Of a stretch of 64,000 bases of DNA, positions 32,676 through 41,380 are shown piece after piece. The stretch lies in NCBI GenBank assembly GCA_902573905.1, contig CACGLL010000002.1, forward strand, positions 17,636 to 81,635. Direction: 5' to 3'. The stretch is from an uncultured Pelagibacteraceae bacterium. Its GTDB lineage: Bacteria; Pseudomonadota; Alphaproteobacteria; Pelagibacterales; Pelagibacteraceae. Position numbers and translations under genes: made by a program. The notes beneath the pieces are model-generated. The model was not told the origin of the DNA, ran no database searches, and saw only the letters and a program-made list of their open reading frames with translations. Positions within the stretch are counted from its first letter, which is position 1, and every line of letters starts with the position of its first letter.

Positions 32676-33245
32676 TTAAAAAAGCCGGTTAGAAATAGCC
32701 GGCTTTTTTTTTATCTCTGATTTTAATGCAAAACCCTCAGACATGATAATTTTTAACTGATTTAGTTTAGATGCCTTGATTCCACCTAAAGGAATTAATT
32801 TTTTATTAATTTTTAAAAAATTATTAAATTTAATTACACCTAGGAAAGAAGCCTTTTTATCGTAATCAACTTGAAACAATTTAGAAAAAATAATTATCTC
32901 ACATCCTTGTTGAGTTTTTGTAAATATTTCTTTATTTGAGTGCGCAGAACCGATTATTTTAAAATTACTTTTTTTTTGTGATAGCGGTTTTAGTGATTTG
33001 TTGTATGACGATAAATAAATTCCATCAGAACTTAACTTGACAGCTAGATTTATATTATTTGCAACGAAAAATTCTATTGATTTTAATTTACAAATTCTTC
33101 TAAATATTAATAAATTTTCTTCTTTATCTATATTATTGCTATTTCTATAAATAATTACAAATTTATTGCGTTTTTTTATGTTTTTTAAATTTATATCTTT
33201 GATACTTTCAATTATTAAATAATATTTTTTTTTAAAAATAAACAT
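32676..33245 (-). CDS. Thiamine phosphate synthase-like (ThiE/TenI fold), divergent
   Basis: IIYR, FFVAN, DGIYL, GSAHS, PLGGI; ATG 33245 preferred over listed 33311. Confidence 0.8.
   Translation of the reverse strand: MFIFKKKYYLIIESIKDINLKNIKKRNKFVIIYRNSNNIDKEENLLIFRRICKLKSIEFFVANNINLAVKLSSDGIYLSSYNKSLKPLSQKKSNFKIIGSAHSNKEIFTKTQQGCEIIIFSKLFQVDYDKKASFLGVIKFNNFLKINKKLIPLGGIKASKLNQLKIIMSEGFALKSEIKKKPAISNRLF
32678..32712 (+). terminator. Intrinsic terminator of the porin gene
   Basis: A6-GCCGGTTA-GAAA-TAGCCGGC-T9; A run on the other side makes it potentially bidirectional. Confidence 0.9.
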
Positions 33246-33896
33246 ATGAGCACAATAGTAGAAAGATACAAAAAAATAAATTCGAATATCGCAACAATAA
33301 AACCAGAACAAAAGGTAAATATAATAGCTGTAAGCAAAACTTTTCCCTTAGTACATATAAAACCACTAATTGACCACGGGCACATACATTTTGGTGAAAA
33401 TAAAGTCCAGGAAGCTAAAACAAAGTGGACAATAATTAAAAATGAAAATAAAAATTTAAAATTACACATGATAGGAAAACTTCAGAGCAATAAAGCTAAG
33501 GATGCAGTTAAACTATTTGATTACATTCATTCTCTTGATAGTCAAAAATTAGCAGACGCTCTTGCTAAACACCAAATAAGCTTAAATAAAAGTCTAAATT
33601 ATTTTATTCAGGTAAATATAGGAAATGAAATACAAAAATCTGGCATCCCTGTCGGTGAACTCGATCCATTTTATAATTATTGTAAGAACGAAATTAATTT
33701 AAATATTATTGGCCTTATGGTTATTCCACCAAATGATAATAATCCTGAAAAATATTTTAAATCTCTAAACGAATTAAATAAATCCCTTGCTCTTCTAGAT
33801 TTGAGTATGGGCATGTCTGCTGATTATATGGAAGCTATTAGAAATGGAGCCACATTTATAAGAGTTGGGAGCTCTATTTTTGGAGAGAGATCTTAA
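33246..33896 (+). CDS. yggS: PLP homeostasis protein YggS
   Basis: IAVSKT, FGENKVQE, HMIGKLQSNK, LSMGMSADY, GATFIRVGSSIFG. Confidence 0.97.
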   Translation: MSTIVERYKKINSNIATIKPEQKVNIIAVSKTFPLVHIKPLIDHGHIHFGENKVQEAKTKWTIIKNENKNLKLHMIGKLQSNKAKDAVKLFDYIHSLDSQKLADALAKHQISLNKSLNYFIQVNIGNEIQKSGIPVGELDPFYNYCKNEINLNIIGLMVIPPNDNNPEKYFKSLNELNKSLALLDLSMGMSADYMEAIRNGATFIRVGSSIFGERS

Positions 33897-34371
33897 CTTT
33901 TGTATATGGATTTATCTTTTTTATAAGTTTAATTAAACTTACTTTTTTGATTGCAACGCAGCCTTTTGTCTTTTTAAAATTATTTTTTGCAATATGAATA
34001 AAAATAGCACTACCTTTATTTTTCTTTATTGGATTCATATTATAATTGAGAACTAAAATGATATCGTAAATGTTCTCATTTATATAAAGTTTTTCATGTT
34101 TGTAATTAAAAGGTAATTTAACAAGTTTATTATAATTAATTGATTTAGGATCGTCACACCAACCCATATTTTTTTTTATAACTTTTTTTTTCAATTTTGT
34201 TGAAACTTTAACTCTATCTTTTCTATATAAAATATATTTAATATTGAATTCTCCAAGTGGTGTTATTAAATCACCTTCTTTTCTTTTATAACCAATTCCT
34301 TTTTTACCTATCGCACATCTTACTTTTAATTTATTATATGTAAGGTAATTTTTATTTATTAATATATGCAT
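33874..34371 (-). CDS. L,D-transpeptidase (YkuD) family protein, no signal peptide
   Basis: CAIGKKG, KEGDLITPLG, WCDD, GSAIFIH, TKGCVA (His/Cys catalytic motif). Confidence 0.9.
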   Translation of the reverse strand: MHILINKNYLTYNKLKVRCAIGKKGIGYKRKEGDLITPLGEFNIKYILYRKDRVKVSTKLKKKVIKKNMGWCDDPKSINYNKLVKLPFNYKHEKLYINENIYDIILVLNYNMNPIKKNKGSAIFIHIAKNNFKKTKGCVAIKKVSLIKLIKKINPYTKVKISLQK

Positions 34372-34971
34372 CAGTTAAAAGTTTTAATTTTAGGTCCTGC
34401 CTCATTTTCAAATACTTTAAATGAACTAAAACCTTTTTTAAAGTTCAATTGTGTTAAAGAAAAAAATTTCTTGGATTTCGATGTTATTTTATTTCATGAA
34501 GAAGCTTTAAATGATAAAAAAGATAAAAAAATTATTAACAACAGTAGCTGTTTAAAAGTTTACGCATCAAAAAATAAAAATTTATCTAATAATTTTGATG
34601 CCTTTATAGAATTACCTTCTTCTTTGAAAGAAATTAATTTTTCTATTGAAAACGTTGTAGCAAAAAAAGTATTTAGTAAAAACTCTTCAATAGAGATAAA
34701 AAAATACTTCTTAAATAAAAATGAAAAAAAATTAAAAAAAAATAACAGTGAAATTATTCTTACAGAGAAAGAAATACAGTTACTAGAATTATTTTTAAAT
34801 AATAAAAAACCTATCTCAAAAGATGAAATACTTTCTTCTGTTTGGAATTATTCATCAGATGCTGATACTCATACTGTTGAAACACACATTTATAGATTAA
34901 GAAAAAAAATAAACGATAAATTTTCGGATGAGAATTTTATAGTTAATACTAAAGATGGATATTCTTTGTGA
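34366..34971 (+). CDS. OmpR-type winged-helix regulator with degenerate receiver (CenR-like)
   Basis: LTEKEIQLL, VWNYSSDADTHTVETHIYRLRKKI, GYSL; N-terminus lacks canonical receiver acidic residues. Confidence 0.85.
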   Translation: MHQLKVLILGPASFSNTLNELKPFLKFNCVKEKNFLDFDVILFHEEALNDKKDKKIINNSSCLKVYASKNKNLSNNFDAFIELPSSLKEINFSIENVVAKKVFSKNSSIEIKKYFLNKNEKKLKKNNSEIILTEKEIQLLELFLNNKKPISKDEILSSVWNYSSDADTHTVETHIYRLRKKINDKFSDENFIVNTKDGYSL

Positions 34972-35075
34972 AAAAAAGAAATAAAATTGCAAAAGATTTA
35001 TTTACAAATAAGTATAGAAAAAGAGTTGTTAGACCAAAAAAAGGAAAAGGTAGCTTTAAAAGGAAGAAAAAATAA
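34968..35075 (+). CDS. arfA: Short ArfA-like alternative ribosome rescue factor (35 aa; not in ORF track)
   Basis: MKKRNKIAKDLFTNKYRKRVVRPKKGKGSFKRKKK; KKGKGS[YF]xRK motif; GTGA overlap with upstream stop; fills the intergenic gap exactly. Confidence 0.8.
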   Translation: MKKRNKIAKDLFTNKYRKRVVRPKKGKGSFKRKKK

Positions 35076-35076
35076 A

Positions 35077-36009
35077 TTACCTATTTAATCTAGCACCAAT
35101 AATTTGAATAACTTTTGAGGACATATCGGTTCCAATTTCTAAACTTTCTTTAATTGATTTATTATTAATTATGCCATGTAAAAAACCACTGGCAAACAAG
35201 TCTCCTGCACCTGTTAAATCTTTGATTTTAAGATTTTTTTTGGCTGAACACTCTGTAACCTCACTACCATTAATTGCTACTGCTCCCTTATCACCTCTGG
35301 TTATAATAACTAATTTGTTTATTTTTTTTGCAAAACTAATCACATCTTCAAACTTTTTTACATCAAATAATGACATTATTTCTTGTTCATTTGCAAAAGT
35401 AATATCTAATTTATTTTTTACTAGATCCAAGAAATGAGGTTTATGTCGTTCTACACAAAATAGATCTGATAATGACATAGCAACTTTATTTGAGTTATTA
35501 ATTGCCTTTTCAAAAGCTTTTTTTGGTTCACCTTCATCCCAAAGATATCCCTCTAAAAATAAGATCTCACTATTTTTAACTGCATTTGCATCAATATCAT
35601 TTTCATTAATTTTCCCAGCAGTTCCAAGAAAAGTAACCATAGTTCTTTCAGAGTCAGGCGTTATCAATATTAAACATGTTCCTGTTGGAATTATTTCTTT
35701 CTTCTTAGAATAAAAATATTCCACATCTTCTTTTTTTAAACCCCCTTCGTATTTATTACCTAGATTATCATCACTTATTTTTCCTATGAAACCTACTTTG
35801 TTTCCAAGTTGTGAGAGACCAACTATTGAGTTTGCTACGGAGCCACCAGAAACTGTTTCCTCAATTTTAAGTGTAGATAAAAGTTTCTTAAATTCAGCTT
35901 CATCCACTAGTTTCATTGTGCTTTTTGTTAAGTTGTTTTGTGAAATAAAGTTATTATCAACTTTACAAATTACATCAACAATTGCGTTACCTATTCCTAA
36001 AATTTTCAT
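35077..36009 (-). CDS. Adenosine kinase (PfkB family)
   Basis: GIGNAIVD, GGSVANS, ERTMVTFLG, LEGYLWD, FANEQE, DLTGAGDLFASGFL. Confidence 0.92.
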   Translation of the reverse strand: MKILGIGNAIVDVICKVDNNFISQNNLTKSTMKLVDEAEFKKLLSTLKIEETVSGGSVANSIVGLSQLGNKVGFIGKISDDNLGNKYEGGLKKEDVEYFYSKKKEIIPTGTCLILITPDSERTMVTFLGTAGKINENDIDANAVKNSEILFLEGYLWDEGEPKKAFEKAINNSNKVAMSLSDLFCVERHKPHFLDLVKNKLDITFANEQEIMSLFDVKKFEDVISFAKKINKLVIITRGDKGAVAINGSEVTECSAKKNLKIKDLTGAGDLFASGFLHGIINNKSIKESLEIGTDMSSKVIQIIGARLNR

Positions 36010-36012
36010 TTA

Positions 36013-36666
36013 TTAAGCTTTTTTTGTTTTAAAGGGTTTTTTTCTATTGGGATAACAGCTTTTACAAATTTTACAAGTTATTCCAAAACAATCTCGAGCT
36101 TTACAGTATTCTCTGCCATACCAGATTATCTGTAGATGAAGTTTATTCCAATTTTTTTTTGGAAAAATATCTTTTAAATCTTTTTCTGTTTGAACAACAT
36201 TTTTTCCATTGGTCAGTCCCCATCTTTGTGCCAATCTATGGATATGAGTATCAACAGGAAATGCAGGAAAACCAAAACCTTGAGACATTACTACACTGGC
36301 TGTTTTATGGCCTACACCAGGAAGCTCTTCTAATTCTTCGTAGGTTTTTGGAACTCTACCCTTAAATTTTTCAACTAATGTTTTTGATAAATAAAAAATA
36401 CTTTTTGCTTTAACTCTAAAAATTCCAATTCTTTTTATTAATTTTTCAATCTTTTTTCTTCCAAGTTTTACAAAGTGTTCAGGTTTATAATATTTTGGAT
36501 AAATATCTTTTGTAACGTTATTTACATTTACATCTGTGCATTGTGCAGAAAGTAAAACAGAAACCAACAATGTAAATGTATTTTTATAATTTAAAGGTAT
36601 TGGTATTTTAGGATAAGTTTTATTCAATATTTTTTGAATTACTATAGCTTTTTCTTTATTATTCAC
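36013..36666 (-). CDS. nth: Endonuclease III
   Basis: LLSAQCTD, LPGVGHKTA HhH, VDTHIHR, C-terminal Cys cluster. Confidence 0.97.
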   Translation of the reverse strand: MNNKEKAIVIQKILNKTYPKIPIPLNYKNTFTLLVSVLLSAQCTDVNVNNVTKDIYPKYYKPEHFVKLGRKKIEKLIKRIGIFRVKAKSIFYLSKTLVEKFKGRVPKTYEELEELPGVGHKTASVVMSQGFGFPAFPVDTHIHRLAQRWGLTNGKNVVQTEKDLKDIFPKKNWNKLHLQIIWYGREYCKARDCFGITCKICKSCYPNRKKPFKTKKA

Positions 36667-37439
36667 TTGAAATTAAGTAAATCTCTCATTGAATAAAGTC
36701 CGGACTTTTTTTTCATCAACCATTTTGCAGCTGTCAGCGCACCTTCAGAATAAAGAGCTCTATCAAAAGATTCATGATTTAATTTAATGATTTCTTTTCC
36801 ACTAGAAAAACTAACTTCATGTTCTCCTATAACCTCACCTTTTCTAATTGAATTAAAGTTTATTTTTTTGGAATATGGAAATTGTTTCTTATTAAGGAAT
36901 TTTTTTCCAATCATACTAAATAGACTTTTATTTTTTCCATTAGCAATCCCTTTTCCAAGCATTAATGCTGTCCCTGATGGATAATCAATTTTATGCTTAT
37001 GATGAACTTCGTAAACTTTACTCAAAAAATTATTACCTAAAGATTTAGAGGCAATTTCAGTTAAGTACATTAACAAATTCACACCTAAACTCATATTCCC
37101 AGCTTTAAGAATTGGAATTTTTTTTGAAAATTTTTTAATTAAAATTTCCTCTTTTTTGTTAAAACCTGTTGTCCCTATAACTACTCTTTTTTTTAACTTT
37201 GTAGCAAATTTTAGAACTTCTAAAGTACATTTTGGAACAGTAAAATCTATTATGACGTCAGTTTTTTTAAATGAACCAATATCATTTTTGCTAATTTTAA
37301 TTCCTAAAATTTTTTTATTAATAACCCTGCTTTCTGTAAACGAAACCAATTTAAATTCTTTTCTCTTATTAGAAGATTTAATTATTTGCTGGCCCATTTT
37401 TCCCATGCAGCCAGTAACTGATAAATTGATTTTTTTCAT
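36663..37439 (-). CDS. dapB: 4-hydroxy-tetrahydrodipicolinate reductase
   Basis: GCMGKMG, IDFT, IGTTG, NMSLGVN, EVHHKHKIDYPSGTA, GEHEV; ATG 37439 preferred. Confidence 0.97.
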   Translation of the reverse strand: MKKINLSVTGCMGKMGQQIIKSSNKRKEFKLVSFTESRVINKKILGIKISKNDIGSFKKTDVIIDFTVPKCTLEVLKFATKLKKRVVIGTTGFNKKEEILIKKFSKKIPILKAGNMSLGVNLLMYLTEIASKSLGNNFLSKVYEVHHKHKIDYPSGTALMLGKGIANGKNKSLFSMIGKKFLNKKQFPYSKKINFNSIRKGEVIGEHEVSFSSGKEIIKLNHESFDRALYSEGALTAAKWLMKKKSGLYSMRDLLNFK

Positions 37440-37606
37440 CTGCCTATAATGTAAATGATTACAATAATAACCAAAGTAATTATAGTCCAAATAGATAAAT
37501 TTTTTAAAAAATCCTTCATTTTATTATTTGTAGATAAAAAGCTCGGTAAGATTAAAACCAATACTGCAATTAAAAAAATTGCAGACATTATCTGTTCAGT
37601 GCTCAT
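37436..37606 (-). CDS. Small two-TM membrane protein of unknown function (56 aa; not in ORF track)
   Basis: MSTEQIMSAIFLIAVLVLILPSFLSTNNKMKDFLKNLSIWTIITLVIIVIIYIIGR; starts 4 nt after dnaJ stop; ATGA overlap with dapB. Confidence 0.8.
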   Translation of the reverse strand: MSTEQIMSAIFLIAVLVLILPSFLSTNNKMKDFLKNLSIWTIITLVIIVIIYIIGR

Positions 37607-37610
37607 TTAA

Positions 37611-38732
37611 TTACGAATTCTTCCAAAATTTCTTTGCTTTTTCAAAAAAGGTTTTAATTACAGGATCTGGTTTATTCTCTTCAATTGTATTGAACTCTTC
37701 AAGGATTTCCTTTTGCCTTTTTGAAAGTGAAGTCGGAACTTGTGTATTAATACGAATATAAAGATCGCCGAAAACACTTCTTCTTAAAACTGGCATACCT
37801 TTACCTCTGAGTCTAAATTGTTTTCCGTGCTGAGTGCCTGCTGGTATTTTTATTTTTGACCTACCACCATCAATTGATGGGACCTCAACAGAGGTGCCTA
37901 AAGCTGCATCAGTAAACGATATTGGTAACTCGTAGTATAAATTTTCTTCAGCTCTTTTAAAAATTTCATGATTATCGATTGAAACAAAAAGATATAAATC
38001 TCCACTAGCACCACCTTTAGAGCCAGCTTCTCCCTTTCCTGATACTCGTATTCTCGTTCCATCATCAACGCCTTTTGGAATTTTTACAGTAACGTTTTCA
38101 TTTGCTTGAACTTTTCCGTTTCCACTGCATTTATTACAAGGGTCACCAATCATTTCACCATAACCACTACATTGAGGACATGTTTGTTGGACAGTGAAAA
38201 AACCTTGATTAGTTCTTACTTTTCCTCTTCCTGAGCAGTAATCGCATCTAATTGGTTTTGAACCTTTAGCCGCCCCACTGCCTGAACAAGATGAACATGA
38301 TTTGTAAGTTGTATACTTAACATTTTTTTCTATTCCTTTATAAGCTTCCTCTAATTTAATATCTACATCATATCTTAAATCATTACCTCTATTGCTAGAT
38401 CTTCTACTTGATCCTCCGCCACCAAAATCACTGAAAAAGTCTTCAAATATATCTGAAAAAGAAGATGTATCGAAACTACCAAAACCTTGACCACCTCCAC
38501 CTCCACCTTCAAAAGCAGCGTGACCAAACTGATCGTAGTTTGCTTTTCTCTTTTCATCTGAAAGAATATGGTAAGCTTCGCTAGCTTCTTTAAACTTTTC
38601 TTCTGAAGTTTTGTCTCCTTTGGTTTTGTCTGGATGATACTTTAATGCAAGTTTTCGGTAAGCTTTTTTGATATCGTCTTTAGATGCAGATCTCGGTACA
38701 CCTAAGACATCATAACAATCTCTTTTAGCCAC
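37611..38732 (-). CDS. dnaJ: Chaperone DnaJ
   Basis: HPD J-domain, G/F region, CxxCxGxG repeats; GTG start with AGGAG SD. Confidence 0.99.
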   Translation of the reverse strand: MAKRDCYDVLGVPRSASKDDIKKAYRKLALKYHPDKTKGDKTSEEKFKEASEAYHILSDEKRKANYDQFGHAAFEGGGGGGQGFGSFDTSSFSDIFEDFFSDFGGGGSSRRSSNRGNDLRYDVDIKLEEAYKGIEKNVKYTTYKSCSSCSGSGAAKGSKPIRCDYCSGRGKVRTNQGFFTVQQTCPQCSGYGEMIGDPCNKCSGNGKVQANENVTVKIPKGVDDGTRIRVSGKGEAGSKGGASGDLYLFVSIDNHEIFKRAEENLYYELPISFTDAALGTSVEVPSIDGGRSKIKIPAGTQHGKQFRLRGKGMPVLRRSVFGDLYIRINTQVPTSLSKRQKEILEEFNTIEENKPDPVIKTFFEKAKKFWKNS

Positions 38733-38752
38733 AGGACGTCTCCTTTATTTTC

Positions 38753-40675
38753 TTAGGCGCTTTTTTCTTTATCTTCTTCTTTTACGTCTTCAAAATCAGC
38801 ATCAACTACATTGTCTTTATCTTTAGGATTAGCATCTTTTGGTCCACCAGATTTTCCAGCCTCAGGTTTTTGTTGGCTTTTGTAAACTGCCTCTCCTAGT
38901 TTCATTGAAACTTGAATTAAACTTTGTGTTTTTTTCTTAATATCTTCTGGATCAGTTCCTTCTAAAGATTTTTTAAGATCAGCAATGCCGTTTTCTATTG
39001 CTTTCTTTTCTTCAGCTGAGATTTTATCTCCGTGCTCTTTTAAACTTTTCTCTGTAGAAAAAACAAGACTATCGGCTTGATTTCTTGCATCAACCGACTC
39101 CCTCTTTTTCTTATCAGCTTCTTTATTAGCTTCAGCTTCTTTTACCATTTTATTAATCTCTTCTTCAGATAATCCACCTGAAGCTTGAATTTGTATTTTT
39201 TGCTCTTTTCCTGTGCCTTTATCCTTTGCAGAAACGTTAACTATTCCATTTGCATCAATATCAAATGTAACTTCAATTTGAGGAGTTCCTCTTGGAGCCG
39301 GAGGTATTCCTACCAACTCAAAGTTACCTAATATTTTATTATCCGCAGCCATTTCTCTTTCACCTTGTAATACTCTAATTGATACAGCAGGTTGGTTGTC
39401 TTCAGCAGTTGAAAAAACTTGACTTTTCTTAGTTGGAATAGTTGTATTTTTTTCAATTAATTTTGTAGATACACCTCCTAGTGTTTCAATACCAAGAGAA
39501 AGAGGGGTTACATCTAAAAGTAGAACATCTTTTACATCACCTTGTAAAACACCGCCTTGTATAGCAGCACCCATTGCAACTACTTCATCAGGATTTACAC
39601 TTTTATTGGGCTCTTTTCCAAAAAAGTTTTTTACCGTTTCAATAATTTTTGGCATTCTTGTCATTCCACCAACAAGAACTACCTCATTAATTTCAGCTGC
39701 AGAAAAACCAGAGTCTTTCAAAGCAGTTTTGCAAGGCTCTAGTGTTCTATCTACTAAGCTTTGTACAAGAGCTTCTAATTTTGCTCTTGTAAACTTTAAA
39801 TTTAAATGTTTAGGACCAGTTTTGTCTGCTGTAATGAATGGCAAGTTAATTTCAGTTTGCGCTGCAGATGAAAGTTCAATTTTTGCTTTCTCAGCGGCTT
39901 CTTTTAATCTTTGAAGAGCAAGTTTGTCTGTTTTTAAATCTATACCATTATCTTTTTTAAATTCTGATGCAAGGTATTCCACTATAGCATCATCAAAATC
40001 TTCACCACCCAAGAAAGTATCACCATTAGTTGATTTTACTTCAAATACACCGTCGCCTATCTCTAAGATTGAAATATCAAAAGTACCACCACCTAAATCA
40101 TAAACAGCAATTTTCTTTCCACCTTTTTTATCAAGACCATAAGCTAAGGATGCCGCTGTTGGTTCGTTAATAATTCTTAAAACTTCAAGACCTGCGATCT
40201 TCCCTGCATCTTTAGTCGCTTGTCTTTGTGAATCATTGAAATATGCAGGAACAGTAATCACAGCTTTTGTAACTGCTTGTCCTAAATATTTTTCAGCTGT
40301 TTCTTTCATTTTTTGCAAAACGAACGCAGAAATTTGAGCTGGCGAATATTTCTTACCTTTACCTTCTACCCACGCGTCACCATTATCTGATTTAACAATT
40401 TTGTAGGGAACCTTTGAAATATCTTTTTGAACAGAAGGACCATCAAATTTTCTTCCAATTAATCTTTTTGCAGCAAATATAGTATCACCTGCATTTGTAA
40501 CTGCTTGTCTTTTTGCAGGTTGACCAACTAATTTTTCCTCGTTTTCAATAAAAGCAACTACTGAAGGGGTTGTTCTAGCACCTTCAACGTTTTCTAAAAC
40601 TTTAGCTTGTGTACCATCCATTATGGCTACACATGAATTAGTAGTTCCTAAATCTATTCCTATAACTTTGCTCAT
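38753..40675 (-). CDS. dnaK: Chaperone DnaK
   Basis: [31 protein letters not shown]. Confidence 0.99.
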   Translation of the reverse strand: MSKVIGIDLGTTNSCVAIMDGTQAKVLENVEGARTTPSVVAFIENEEKLVGQPAKRQAVTNAGDTIFAAKRLIGRKFDGPSVQKDISKVPYKIVKSDNGDAWVEGKGKKYSPAQISAFVLQKMKETAEKYLGQAVTKAVITVPAYFNDSQRQATKDAGKIAGLEVLRIINEPTAASLAYGLDKKGGKKIAVYDLGGGTFDISILEIGDGVFEVKSTNGDTFLGGEDFDDAIVEYLASEFKKDNGIDLKTDKLALQRLKEAAEKAKIELSSAAQTEINLPFITADKTGPKHLNLKFTRAKLEALVQSLVDRTLEPCKTALKDSGFSAAEINEVVLVGGMTRMPKIIETVKNFFGKEPNKSVNPDEVVAMGAAIQGGVLQGDVKDVLLLDVTPLSLGIETLGGVSTKLIEKNTTIPTKKSQVFSTAEDNQPAVSIRVLQGEREMAADNKILGNFELVGIPPAPRGTPQIEVTFDIDANGIVNVSAKDKGTGKEQKIQIQASGGLSEEEINKMVKEAEANKEADKKKRESVDARNQADSLVFSTEKSLKEHGDKISAEEKKAIENGIADLKKSLEGTDPEDIKKKTQSLIQVSMKLGEAVYKSQQKPEAGKSGGPKDANPKDKDNVVDADFEDVKEEDKEKSA

Positions 40676-40697
40676 AAATATTCCTTATCAGAATTCT

Positions 40698-40725
40698 ATA
40701 TGGGTGTTTTTTTCCTAACTACAAG
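40698..40725 (-). promoter_or_regulatory. RpoH (sigma32) promoter of dnaK
   Basis: CTTG-N17-CCCATAT in the grpE-dnaK gap. Confidence 0.7.
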
Positions 40726-40726
40726 T

Positions 40727-41335
40727 CTATTTTTGGTCTTTTTTATCCTTATTTTCCTCGTCTTTAATCTCTCTTTTTTTTGCTACGCTTACTAAAGCAG
40801 GTCTTAACAATCTTTCTCCTAACATATAACCTGCTTGAATTTCTTGAATTATTATACCTGGTTCAACTTTATCATCTTCGATTTCAGACATTGCTTGATG
40901 AAAATTTGGATCAAACTTTTTGTTTTTAGTGTCAATTTTCTTAATTCTATTTCTTTCAAATATAGAGACTATATCTTTCTCAATTATGTTTATATTTTCT
41001 AAAAATTTATCTAAGTCTTTATTATCTTTAAGTTTTTCGTCATTTTTTATAGCTTCCCTTGCTCTTTGAAGATTGTCTAAAGTTGCTAAATTTTCTTTGG
41101 CGAAGTTAAAAGAACCAAATTCAAATGCGTCTTTAATCTCTTTTTCAAATCTTCGTCTCTGATTTTCGATTTCAGCAAGTGATCTTAATAGTTTTTCCTC
41201 AGCTTCTTTTAATTTTTCTTCAGTTGACTTTTCTTTTGGGGGAGCTTTTGGGTTATTATCCTTGTTTGTAGCTTCATTCTTATTTGGCTCTGATTTATTT
41301 TGATCTGAGACTTTTTTATTTTTTTCTTCGTTCAT
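40727..41335 (-). CDS. grpE: Nucleotide exchange factor GrpE
   Basis: LRSLAEIENQRRR, FDPNFHQAM, GYMLGERLLRPALVSV. Confidence 0.98.
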   Translation of the reverse strand: MNEEKNKKVSDQNKSEPNKNEATNKDNNPKAPPKEKSTEEKLKEAEEKLLRSLAEIENQRRRFEKEIKDAFEFGSFNFAKENLATLDNLQRAREAIKNDEKLKDNKDLDKFLENINIIEKDIVSIFERNRIKKIDTKNKKFDPNFHQAMSEIEDDKVEPGIIIQEIQAGYMLGERLLRPALVSVAKKREIKDEENKDKKDQK

Positions 41336-41380
41336 TTGATTTGCTATATAATAAGTAGTTTAAAAATTACTAGGTTAAAT

